In this document: one piece after another, positions 25,043 to 32,050 of the stretch | How the letters are laid out: each line of letters opens with the position of its first letter | Numbering within the stretch: position 1 is the stretch's first letter | From: a virus | Reading direction: 5' to 3' (one strand) | Virus record (IMG/VR): IMGVR_UViG_3300012971_000013 | Location: 1-40,958 of that record | DNA: 40,958 bases | The notes under the pieces: generated by a model | The model's database searches: none | What the model saw: the letters and a program-made list of their open reading frames with translations, nothing else | What the model was told of the DNA's origin: nothing | Translations under genes and position numbers: made by a program

Positions 25043-25117
25043 AGTGCTCAACCAGGAGAACGTGAAGTGGACACAACACGTTCAAGCGAGCAGGGCAATT
25101 CTACCATGGCGTGACGC

Positions 25118-25130
25118 TTGGACTTGGGTC
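25118..25130. promoter_or_regulatory. Imperfect copy of the TTGGACC..GGTCCAA operator, next to a leftward TAGAAT -10
   Basis: TTGGACtTgGGTC at 25118-25130. - strand TAGAAT at 25103-25098. Confidence 0.3.
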
Positions 25131-25207
25131 GCTTCTTGCGCTTGGGCTTCTTCGTGTGCGGGTAGTACGTCATCACACCTCCTGGTTGTCCCTCCCGTAG
25201 GGAAAAC

Positions 25208-25897
25208 TCAGTCGTGATTCAGCTTGTGCCCCTGGTAGATCGCGCGCCCGAGCACGACGATCTTCTTTGTGTGCTCGATCATCGGCGAGCCGCTCGCGAA
25301 CCATTCCCAGCCGCCGCCCTCGCGATGCTTCGCGATCCGCAACCTCGGCTCGCTCTCGCCCTCGATCTGGATCGCGTAGACCTTGTTGTCGACGATCTCG
25401 CGCTGCTCCTTGTCGATGAACACATCATCGCCTGCTCGGAAGTGCGGCTGTAGCGAATCGGTGAGTACTTTCACGGCGACGGTGCCTCCTGAGCATTCAA
25501 TCGGACAGGGGCAGAACGCGCCCCGCTTTTTCTTGTTCAACCCAGCGGTGAACTCGACCTCTGGCACCATGCGGAACGTCTGCTGCGTCCCGTCATCACG
25601 AATCACAGTCAACTGCGTGGCCTGGCGCAGCGCGCCAGTACTGTCCTGATCGAGCGCTCCCCACGCTAGCCCGAGGCTCTGCTCGATGTGGCGCGCAGTG
25701 TCTTCACCAATCGCGCGCTTCTTGTTCACCAACTGCCAGATGAACGTGTGCGAGCGATTGAGTGCCTTCGCTGCACGCCCTGCGTTGCCCTCGAAGCGTG
25801 ACTCGATCAACTGCTTCAGATGATCCAGGCGCACCGCGTGGATCGCCTTCATCGACACCGCTCGCTGTCCTGCTCGTTTCGCTGATGCGTTCATCAT
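25208..25897 (-). CDS. CI/LexA-like repressor (XRE HTH + S24 peptidase domain)
   Basis: ATG 25897 follows GGGACGGGAG, 229 aa. HTH ..AAKALNRSHTFIWQLVNKKRAIGEDTARHIEQ... Ala-Gly at ..FTAGLN... Ser motif ..LTDSLQP... Lys in ..LRIAKH... Confidence 0.85.
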   Translation of the reverse strand: MMNASAKRAGQRAVSMKAIHAVRLDHLKQLIESRFEGNAGRAAKALNRSHTFIWQLVNKKRAIGEDTARHIEQSLGLAWGALDQDSTGALRQATQLTVIRDDGTQQTFRMVPEVEFTAGLNKKKRGAFCPCPIECSGGTVAVKVLTDSLQPHFRAGDDVFIDKEQREIVDNKVYAIQIEGESEPRLRIAKHREGGGWEWFASGSPMIEHTKKIVVLGRAIYQGHKLNHD

Positions 25898-25917
25898 CTC
25901 CCGTCCCTGGTTGGCTA

Positions 25918-25933
25918 TTGGACCTAGGTCCAA
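25918..25933. promoter_or_regulatory. Perfect 16-bp palindrome TTGGACCTAGGTCCAA upstream of cI (operator candidate)
   Basis: Self-complementary as read. Lies 21-36 nt upstream of the cI ATG, inside the cI/cro divergent region. Confidence 0.5.
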
Positions 25934-26182
25934 TATGCACTCGACTTCAACATTCCAAAACGGGGTACGGCTTTACCTCAACCGTTTCCCCCCGACCGGT
26001 TTCTTCTGTGCATCGACTCCAGCGCGGAGCATGCGCCCGAGCGAGTGCTAAGTCAATAGCGCTAGCTAATCGTGGATCATTAGCCATCACCGGGGCTCAC
26101 GTTACCGAAATCTTCTTGCAATCCTTGTACAGCAAGCGCTAAATGTCTGTCCGTTGACCAGCGCACACAAGGCTCAACAACC

Positions 26183-26584
26183 ATGCCCAAGGCCCGCCGC
26201 AAGACCAGCAACCAGCGCGCGCGCATCCCACTCCGAGAGCGCGTGAAAATCGAAAGCCTGCACGACTACCTGCGCGCCGAGAGCCGCGCGGCAGGCAAGG
26301 GCAAGACGCTCGCAGCGCGTGAGCGCTTCGCCCGGCGCTGCGGCACCTCGACCCAGTACCTCACGCAACTCGCGCTCGGCATCCGCCGCGCGCAGCCTGA
26401 CATCGCGATCCGCATCGAGCAGGCGAGCTACGGCATCGTGCGCGCCGAGCACCTGTGCCCGAACTTCGACTGGGCCTACGCGAAAGTGCGGCGCGTCGTG
26501 CAGGTGCCCGAGCCCGATGCAACCGTGCCGCGACCAGGCAACATCGAGATCACTTCACCGGTTCCCGAACAAGCCGCAGCGTGA
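26183..26584 (+). CDS. Cro/YdaS-like HTH regulator (divergent from cI)
   Basis: 133 aa. ..RRCGTSTQYLTQLALGIRRAQPDIAIRIEQASYGIVRAEHLCPNFDW.. fits the YdaS/Cro-type HTH pattern. Confidence 0.65.
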   Translation: MPKARRKTSNQRARIPLRERVKIESLHDYLRAESRAAGKGKTLAARERFARRCGTSTQYLTQLALGIRRAQPDIAIRIEQASYGIVRAEHLCPNFDWAYAKVRRVVQVPEPDATVPRPGNIEITSPVPEQAAA

Positions 26585-26591
26585 GGAAGCG

Positions 26592-27551
26592 ATGCCTGAT
26601 CGCTACCTGCGCGAAGCGCTGTTGCGAAGCGACCGATGGAATGCGTGCTCGATTGAAGCGCGCGATCTCTACGTGCGCCTGCTCATGGTCGTCGACGACT
26701 TCGGCTGCTACGACGCGCGCGACGGCGTGGTCGCGAGCGCTGCGTACTACATGGGCCGACGCGAAGCGCTGCCCCTGGTCGAGCTTCACGCCTGTGGGCT
26801 CATCACGCGCTACACCAACGCAGGCAAGCTCTACCTCGCGATCCTGCGCTGGGGCGAGACGCTGCGCGGTCGCCGCCGCTACCCGGCACCACCGATCTGC
26901 AACGACCTCCCCGAGATCAAGTATCGCGGGAAGTACGGCACCAAGCTCAACTTCGCGAACCCCGCAGGCAGCGATCCCGTCAGCATCCTGGTCGACGTGC
27001 ATGGCCGTCCCGTCATGCCGCAACCGCCAGAGTGGCGACGTCCCGGCGACTGGTTGCCGCTCGCCGATCAGTCACAGCGGGCAGTAACTGAAAGCAACAG
27101 CCCGCAGTTACAGCGCGCAGTTACTTCAGTTACTTCAGCACGCACGCCCGCAGTAACAGCGCACCAGGACAGCACGCGATCAGTAGTCAGTAGTCAAGAG
27201 TCAGCGGTCATAGATCAAGAGTCGGCGACGCAGCAGTCGGCGGCTACTGGCGCGCCAAGTAACAGCGCGCAGTCACTTCCGACGGCAACGCCGCCGGGCA
27301 ATGGAAGGATTCAACTGCAAGGCACGCAGTGGCGCGGCGTGAGCGAGGCGCAGGCGGCGCGGTGGCAGCAGATGTTCGACGGGATCGACGTCGCCGATCA
27401 GCTTGAGCACGCTGCGGCCTGGCTCGCTGTGCACCACGAGGAGCGCGCGCTGATCGAGCGCGACCAGGGCGAGGAGAAGTTCATCGTGCGCTGGCTGCTG
27501 CGCGAAGCACGCCCAGGCACGGGCACTACAAGGGCGAAGACTGATGCGTAA
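26592..27551 (+). CDS. Replication initiator / replisome-organiser-like protein (lambda O analogue)
   Basis: ATG 26592 follows GAGGAAG (the 26319 extension is rejected), 319 aa. Sits right after the Cro-like gene and carries iterons in its central linker. Confidence 0.55.
   Translation: MPDRYLREALLRSDRWNACSIEARDLYVRLLMVVDDFGCYDARDGVVASAAYYMGRREALPLVELHACGLITRYTNAGKLYLAILRWGETLRGRRRYPAPPICNDLPEIKYRGKYGTKLNFANPAGSDPVSILVDVHGRPVMPQPPEWRRPGDWLPLADQSQRAVTESNSPQLQRAVTSVTSARTPAVTAHQDSTRSVVSSQESAVIDQESATQQSAATGAPSNSAQSLPTATPPGNGRIQLQGTQWRGVSEAQAARWQQMFDGIDVADQLEHAAAWLAVHHEERALIERDQGEEKFIVRWLLREARPGTGTTRAKTDA
27069..27276. repeat. Iteron cluster (candidate origin of replication) inside the initiator gene
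   Basis: 18-mer GTNACAGCGNGCAGTNAC at 27071-27088, 27107-27124 and 27259-27276. Extra CAGT(A/T)AC copies at 27127, 27151 and 27257. Tandem CAGTAGT x2 and TCAAGAGTC x2 at 27181-27230. Confidence 0.6.
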
Positions 27552-27885
27552 GGGAAATCCGCACCGCATGCACGCGCCGATGCACGCGCGACCCCGGCGG
27601 CACCACCTCGACCGGCATCGCGACCAGGTCAACGGCGCGCAGCACCGCGTGCATATCATCGGCACGCCGCAAGGCCTCGACTACTGGAGCACACGCGCGC
27701 TCGGGCAGACCCCCCGCCCGGTTCGAGCCGCAGGCCAGTGCCCTTTCGATTTAACCGTCCCCTACGTTTCCGCTGGCGCACCGAAAACGAGGCACTGGCT
27801 GCTGCCGCATGAGGAGAACCTGGTGATCGCGGCGTGCGCGGTGTTGCTGGTTGTGATCCTGACGTGGGCGTCGTGGGCGTCGTGA
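27544..27885 (+). CDS. Hypothetical His/Arg-rich protein with C-terminal TM segment
   Basis: ATG overlaps the initiator stop (ATGCGTAA). 113 aa, GC3 high. C-terminus ..LVIAACAVLLVVILTWASWAS. Confidence 0.4.
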   Translation: MRKGNPHRMHAPMHARPRRHHLDRHRDQVNGAQHRVHIIGTPQGLDYWSTRALGQTPRPVRAAGQCPFDLTVPYVSAGAPKTRHWLLPHEENLVIAACAVLLVVILTWASWAS

Positions 27886-28007
27886 AGTTTCTGTGGCGAG
27901 AGTTTCCACACGCGAGCGGGTTCGTGCTCGGGTGGTTGGCGATGTACGCGATGCTGTTCGTGCTCGTGCTGTCGTGGCGGTTGATGCTCGGGCCGTATCC
28001 GACGTGA
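27882..28007 (+). CDS. 41-aa membrane peptide
   Basis: GTGA coupling. VKFLWREFPHASGFVLGWLAMYAMLFVLVLSWRLMLGPYPT. Below the ORF-track cutoff. Confidence 0.35.
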   Translation: MKFLWREFPHASGFVLGWLAMYAMLFVLVLSWRLMLGPYPT

Positions 28008-28372
28008 TGCGCTGCCCGAGGTGCAGGGAATGGATCGACCTGGAGCAGACGACGCACGCGAAGTGCGGGTGGAACGCGTCGAGCGTGGTCGAGCCGAACT
28101 CGCCCGAGGCCTGGCACGCGAAGCAGGACGCTGGGCGCGCGACGCCGGAGCAGGTTGACGCGCACATGGCGAAGATCATGGCGACGTTGGCGAAGAAGCG
28201 CAGCGCTCGGCGGTTGTCGTCGCAGGAGCAGCACGAGGGCGGGAAGCTCTCGGGCGAGGAGAAGTCGCTGATGAAGACGCAGGAGCAGTACGACGAGGAG
28301 GTGAAGCGTTTGCGCGCGGAAGACCTGGCGCGGGCTGCGCGGCGCGAGCGGTTGCGAAAGGCGGTGGCGTGA
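28007..28372 (+). CDS. Zinc-ribbon (CxxC) plus coiled-coil protein
   Basis: TGATG-coupled ATG at 28007 (MRCPRCREWIDL..). 121 aa. The track's 27893 start is rejected. Confidence 0.5.
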   Translation: MRCPRCREWIDLEQTTHAKCGWNASSVVEPNSPEAWHAKQDAGRATPEQVDAHMAKIMATLAKKRSARRLSSQEQHEGGKLSGEEKSLMKTQEQYDEEVKRLRAEDLARAARRERLRKAVA

Positions 28373-28566
28373 TGAAGCAGATCGAGGTTGAGGCGTTGGC
28401 CGAGGCGCTGCCGGTGGTGGCGGTCGTGCACGCGTGGCAGGTGTTCAAGCGCACGCACGACATCCAGGACGCGAAGCACTGCTGCTGCGAGCACACGCTG
28501 AAGCTCTTCCGCGAACTCGAAGTGCTGGAGCACACGATTGTCGGGATCGCGCGGGAGGTGCAGTGA
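28369..28566 (+). CDS. Hypothetical small protein
   Basis: ATGA coupling. 65 aa. Confidence 0.45.
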   Translation: MMKQIEVEALAEALPVVAVVHAWQVFKRTHDIQDAKHCCCEHTLKLFRELEVLEHTIVGIAREVQ

Positions 28567-28757
28567 AGTACGTGGTCAAGCGCGGCGACTTCGACTACTA
28601 CTCGGGGATGACCGAGGGCGTGCCGACGTGGCGCAAGACGCGCACGTTTTTCGAGAAGGATGAGGCGATGAAGATCGCGGGTCAGTTGCGCGCGCTCGGG
28701 TTCAAGAACGTCGAGGCGCTCGAATTCCACGAGAGCCCGATGAAGGCGCGCAAGTGA
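28563..28757 (+). CDS. Hypothetical small protein
   Basis: GTGA-coupled GTG (VKYVVKRGDFDYYSG..). 64 aa. Confidence 0.45.
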   Translation: MKYVVKRGDFDYYSGMTEGVPTWRKTRTFFEKDEAMKIAGQLRALGFKNVEALEFHESPMKARK

Positions 28758-28912
28758 GGCTGCTCGCGATCCTGGTCGTGCTCGCCGGTTGCGTGAGCGC
28801 GCCGGAGCCGCGCGGAGTTGTGATCGTGATCGAGCAAGGGGGCGTACGGATGCCGGAGGACGTCGCGCATCGGATCGTGAAGCGCGAGAACGGCGTCGAG
28901 CTTGCGAGGTGA
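28754..28912 (+). CDS. Small lipoprotein (signal peptide + lipobox LAGC)
   Basis: GTGA-coupled GTG. (M)RLLAILVVLAGC.. 52 aa. Below the ORF-track cutoff. Confidence 0.45.
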   Translation: MRLLAILVVLAGCVSAPEPRGVVIVIEQGGVRMPEDVAHRIVKRENGVELAR

Positions 28913-28915
28913 ACC

Positions 28916-29275
28916 ATGATGAGCGGCGACAAGGTTGAGAAGCGCGGCCACTGCCAGGTGTGCGGTCGCGTGCTGAAGAATCCGAAGTGGATCGCGGTCG
29001 GCATCGGGCCGGTGTGCGCGCGGAAATTTCCGTCGCTGCTGTCGCGCCCCGATTACGCGAGCGCGCCTGTGCAACGACTACCCAAGGAGACGAGTCATGT
29101 CGATGAAGCTGTTCGAGTTCGCGGTGCTGCATCACCCGGTGGCGACGAAGGACGAGAAGGAGCGGGGCGAGAAGCCGAAGAGCGAGTTGATCGTGGAGGT
29201 GACGCAGGTGCTGGCGTTCTCGGACAAGGAGGCGCTGATGCTGGCGACGCGCGCGATCCCCGAGGAGTTCGCTGA
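28916..29275 (+). CDS. DUF6011-like zinc-ribbon protein (3' end overlaps the next gene out of frame)
   Basis: ..GHCQVCGRVLKNPKWIAVGIGPVCARKF.. matches the CxxCGR...GIGP.C signature as I remember it. The last ~60 codons are Arg/Gly/Ala-rich and overlap 29097..29315. Confidence 0.5.
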   Translation: MMSGDKVEKRGHCQVCGRVLKNPKWIAVGIGPVCARKFPSLLSRPDYASAPVQRLPKETSHVDEAVRVRGAASPGGDEGREGAGREAEERVDRGGDAGAGVLGQGGADAGDARDPRGVR

Positions 29276-29315
29276 CAAGCTCGACCAGGTCGAGATCGCC
29301 GTCCGCCCTTTCTAG
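29097..29315 (+). CDS. Hypothetical small conserved-looking protein
   Basis: AAGGAGA RBS then ATG. 72 aa. ..KLFEFAVLHHP....EIAVRPF. Confidence 0.55.
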   Translation: MSMKLFEFAVLHHPVATKDEKERGEKPKSELIVEVTQVLAFSDKEALMLATRAIPEEFADKLDQVEIAVRPF

Positions 29316-29350
29316 CCCGACCCGTCGAGGCGCAGCAAGCGGAGTCGGGC

Positions 29351-29536
29351 GTGCCGGGCTGGAAGAGCGAGGCGCTGCAGCAGCAGATGCAGGACGTGTA
29401 CCACGGGCCGCGTGGTGTGCTGCGCGGTGGCGCGCCGTTGGAGTCGGCGGGGTTTGCGGCGCTGAACGCTGCGCTCGGGCCCAAGGCGCAGTCGACGTAC
29501 TCGAACGCAGCCGCGACGATGTCGGCGAGCCGGTGA
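29351..29536 (+). CDS. Hypothetical small protein
   Basis: GTG start after GGAG. 61 aa, GC3-rich. Confidence 0.4.
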   Translation: MPGWKSEALQQQMQDVYHGPRGVLRGGAPLESAGFAALNAALGPKAQSTYSNAAATMSASR

Positions 29537-29850
29537 TGGTGATGCGCTACGCGGAGCAGCCGTGCCCGCATTGCGGGGCGAAGCTCGACGCGACCGCTGG
29601 CTTCGAGGACGACATCGAGCCGCGCGTCGGCGATGTCGCGATCTGCGCGGCGTGTCACGGGTTCCTGGTGTGGGCGTACAAGCAGCCGGAGCCGGGGAAG
29701 GAGTTGGACGAGAGCGACCTGACGCAGGTGAAGCTCACCGCGCGCGAGTTCAACGATCTCCCCGGCGACGTGCGCGCCGATCTGCTGCGAGCGCAGGCGC
29801 ACCTCGAAGAGATCAAGAAGCAGGAGGCGCTGAAAGGGGCGAAGCACTGA
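29533..29850 (+). CDS. Zinc-ribbon protein (CPHC...CAAC)
   Basis: Start/stop overlap. 105 aa. ..QPCPHCGAKL....AICAACHGF... Confidence 0.5.
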   Translation: MMVMRYAEQPCPHCGAKLDATAGFEDDIEPRVGDVAICAACHGFLVWAYKQPEPGKELDESDLTQVKLTAREFNDLPGDVRADLLRAQAHLEEIKKQEALKGAKH

Positions 29851-30509
29851 TGGCCGAGCTACGCAAAGACCTGCCGCCGCTGCCCGAGCGGTTCCTGAAG
29901 CTGCCCATCGATCCGCGCGGCTATCCGATCCCGTGGTTCGTCGGCGAGTTGCCCGACGGCACGCGCGACTTTCGGATCGCCGACCAGGAGAAGCGCATAC
30001 GCGGCTACAAGGACGAGTTGTGCTGGCTGTGCGGCGAGAAGCTCGGGCGCTACAAGGCCTTCGTCATCGGGCCGATGTGCGTGGTGAACCGCAACACGAG
30101 CGAGCCCGGCTCGCACCTGGAGTGCGCGCGCTTCGCGGCCATCGCCTGCCCGCACTTGTCGCGACCGCACGCGAAGGCGAGGACCGCAGGCCTGCCCGAG
30201 GAGCGGCGTTCGCTCGCGGGATCGCTGCCAGGCAACCCGGGTGCGTGCGCGGTGTACGTGACGACGCATTGCCGCGCCTATCGCGTGCCGGAGTCGCGCG
30301 ACTGGTTGATCCGGCTGGGCGAGCCCGAGTCGGTCGAGTGGTACGCGAGCGGACGTCGCGCCACGCGCGAAGAGGTCGAGGAGGTACTGGCAGCGCGCCT
30401 GCCGCTCCTGCAGAACATCGCGAACGAGGAGGGCCCGCAGGCCATCGCCTCGCTCGCGCTCATGGTATCGATTGCAAAAAAGTGGCTACCGAAAAAGGAG
30501 GCAGCATGA
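29850..30509 (+). CDS. Cys/His-rich protein of unknown function
   Basis: TGATG-coupled ATG at 29850, 219 aa. ..ELCWLCGEKLG...GPMCVVNRNTSEPGSHLECARFAAIACPHL... Confidence 0.55.
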   Translation: MAELRKDLPPLPERFLKLPIDPRGYPIPWFVGELPDGTRDFRIADQEKRIRGYKDELCWLCGEKLGRYKAFVIGPMCVVNRNTSEPGSHLECARFAAIACPHLSRPHAKARTAGLPEERRSLAGSLPGNPGACAVYVTTHCRAYRVPESRDWLIRLGEPESVEWYASGRRATREEVEEVLAARLPLLQNIANEEGPQAIASLALMVSIAKKWLPKKEAA

Positions 30510-30757
30510 ACAAGGAACAGTTGCAACGTGCAGCAGAAGAAGCGGAGAACATGGCGACGCTCGATCACCTGATCGCCGATCTGGAGAAGTCGACCGCCGA
30601 GGAGGTCGCGATGTCGGTCACCGAGGTCGGCGACGGCCCGCTGATGGGCGACGGCGACGACACGTTCGTCGAGCGCGGCGGGCTGATCGAGTATCTCAAG
30701 GCGCAGCGCGCGTGGCACGCGGAGCAACTGCGCGGGCTCGGCGTCGAATGCGAATAA
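30506..30757 (+). CDS. Hypothetical acidic small protein
   Basis: ATGA coupling after AAGGAGG. 83 aa. Confidence 0.5.
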   Translation: MNKEQLQRAAEEAENMATLDHLIADLEKSTAEEVAMSVTEVGDGPLMGDGDDTFVERGGLIEYLKAQRAWHAEQLRGLGVECE

Positions 30758-31170
30758 CACAGGCCGAGTACGAGTCGCTCGTGGCGCGCCGCTCCGGCGC
30801 GCGCGTCGCGCGGCTCGTGTCCGGTCGGCGCTGGGAGGACGAGTTCGCCCGGCAGCTTGACGAGGCGCAGGTCAGCTACCTGCGCGAAATGCGCTTCGAG
30901 CCAGGTCGGCAGTTCCGCTTCGACTTCGCGATCCTGCCCAAGCTCGTGATCGCGGTGGAGATCGACGGCGCGGTGCACCGGATCAAGAGCCGGTTCAACG
31001 GCGACCGTGAGAAGGGCAACCTCGCGGTCCTGCGCGGCTGGCGCGTGCTGCACTTCTCGCCAGCCCAGGTGCGCTCGGGTGAAGCGCTTTCGTTGTTGCG
31101 GCTCGCGTTAGCGGGAGCTAAAGAAATGATGCAGACATCGGCTCTTGACGTGAAGGAGATTGAAGCGTAG
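30748..31170 (+). CDS. Vsr/DUF559-like PD-(D/E)xK endonuclease
   Basis: 140 aa. ..FRFDFAILPKLVIAVEIDGAVH.....GWRVLHF.. fits the D...E.D fold pattern. Confidence 0.5.
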   Translation: MRITQAEYESLVARRSGARVARLVSGRRWEDEFARQLDEAQVSYLREMRFEPGRQFRFDFAILPKLVIAVEIDGAVHRIKSRFNGDREKGNLAVLRGWRVLHFSPAQVRSGEALSLLRLALAGAKEMMQTSALDVKEIEA

Positions 31171-31265
31171 AACCCTCGACCATGCTTCCCGGTGAGTCAC
31201 AGCATATCGACCTTCGGGTTGAACGGCGCTGAGACGATCCGGGGAGCGCCATCACGGGGGTGCTC

Positions 31266-31424
31266 ATGGTCTCCGCTCTGCTGTTGTTCATCGCGCTGGT
31301 GCTGTTCGCTCTCGCTGCGTTCTCCGTCACGATCCCGCACCTGCCAGCACCTGGCTGGCTCGCGCTCGCGCTGGTGACGCTCACGCAACTGTGGCCGCTC
31401 CTGGTGAAGACGAGCGGCGGCTGA
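31266..31424 (+). CDS. Small two-TM membrane protein (holin-like by shape only)
   Basis: ATG after GGGGG. MVSALLLFIALVLFALAAFSVTIPHLPAPGWLALALVTLTQLWPLLVKTSGG. 52 aa. Confidence 0.4.
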   Translation: MVSALLLFIALVLFALAAFSVTIPHLPAPGWLALALVTLTQLWPLLVKTSGG

Positions 31425-31425
31425 C

Positions 31426-31692
31426 ATGCCCTCCTCGACCGAGAAGCAGGCGCGCACCATGGCAGCGGCGGCGCACAACCCGGCCTTCGCGAAGAAGGTC
31501 GGCATCCCGCAGGGCGTCGCGCACGATTTCAACCAGGCAGACAAGGGCGGCAAGCTCCTCTCGAATGCGATGAAGGAGGAGTCGGGCCCCGAAGAGCGCA
31601 CGGAGTCGGCAGCGGTCGAACGCGGCGAGCCCGCACCGTTCAACGCACTCCATCAGCGTGCTCGCGCGCGCGCGCTGCGGGCCCATGGGTGA
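31426..31692 (+). CDS. DUF3008-like protein
   Basis: 88 aa. ..STEKQARTMAAAAHNPAFAKKVGIPQGVAHDFNQADKG.. matches the remembered DUF3008 N-terminal pattern. Confidence 0.6.
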   Translation: MPSSTEKQARTMAAAAHNPAFAKKVGIPQGVAHDFNQADKGGKLLSNAMKEESGPEERTESAAVERGEPAPFNALHQRARARALRAHG

Positions 31693-32050
31693 CATCAGTA
31701 AGTGCCTCACGCCCGAGGCGATAGCAAAGCGCGCAGCTACGCAGCGCGCCAACGCCTCGATCAAGCACGCGCTGCTCGACGCGTTCGACATTCTTGGCAA
31801 CACGGCCTTCTTCGTCGAGCTAGGTCGCGGCAGCGCGGAAGATAGGCGCTGCCTCGCGCAGATTTTCGCGAAGTTCCTCCCGATTGAAGTGCAGGGCGCG
31901 GTCGACCAGACGCTCACGGTGAAGATCGTGAAGCTCGTGGGCGGTCACGAGATCGAGATCACGCCTGCAAAGAGCATTCCGAAGGAGCCGGAGCGGCCAG
32001 CGACCCCTGCCTCGCTGTCGCTTCGCGCTCCCGAGGAAGCCGATGCCTGA
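31685..32050 (+). CDS. Terminase small subunit candidate (position only)
   Basis: ATG overlaps the upstream stop by 8 nt. 121 aa. Its 3' end overlaps the start of terL. Confidence 0.4.
   Translation: MGDISKCLTPEAIAKRAATQRANASIKHALLDAFDILGNTAFFVELGRGSAEDRRCLAQIFAKFLPIEVQGAVDQTLTVKIVKLVGGHEIEITPAKSIPKEPERPATPASLSLRAPEEADA

Noticed and set aside
25005-25217. 70-aa + strand ORF downstream of cI
   Set aside because: Trp/Ser/Ala-rich product with poor start context. The region is better explained by regulatory elements (see finding). The 41-codon - strand ORF 25048..25173 was also left out of the feature list as unproven.
26319-26591. N-terminal extension of the replication initiator ORF
   Set aside because: It overlaps the Cro-like gene out of frame with Ser/Arg/Ala-rich shadow composition. 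ATG 26592 has an RBS and follows the Cro-like stop.
27069-27276. Possible CRISPR-like array because of closely spaced short repeats
   Set aside because: Repeat units are only 7-18 bp, irregularly spaced, in frame inside a gene, and no cas genes are present. An iteron/origin interpretation fits better.
27656-28533. Two long - strand ORFs (192 and 260 aa) across the early-right small genes
   Set aside because: Arg/Pro/Ser-rich shadow frames. The + strand shows an unbroken chain of start/stop-coupled small genes.
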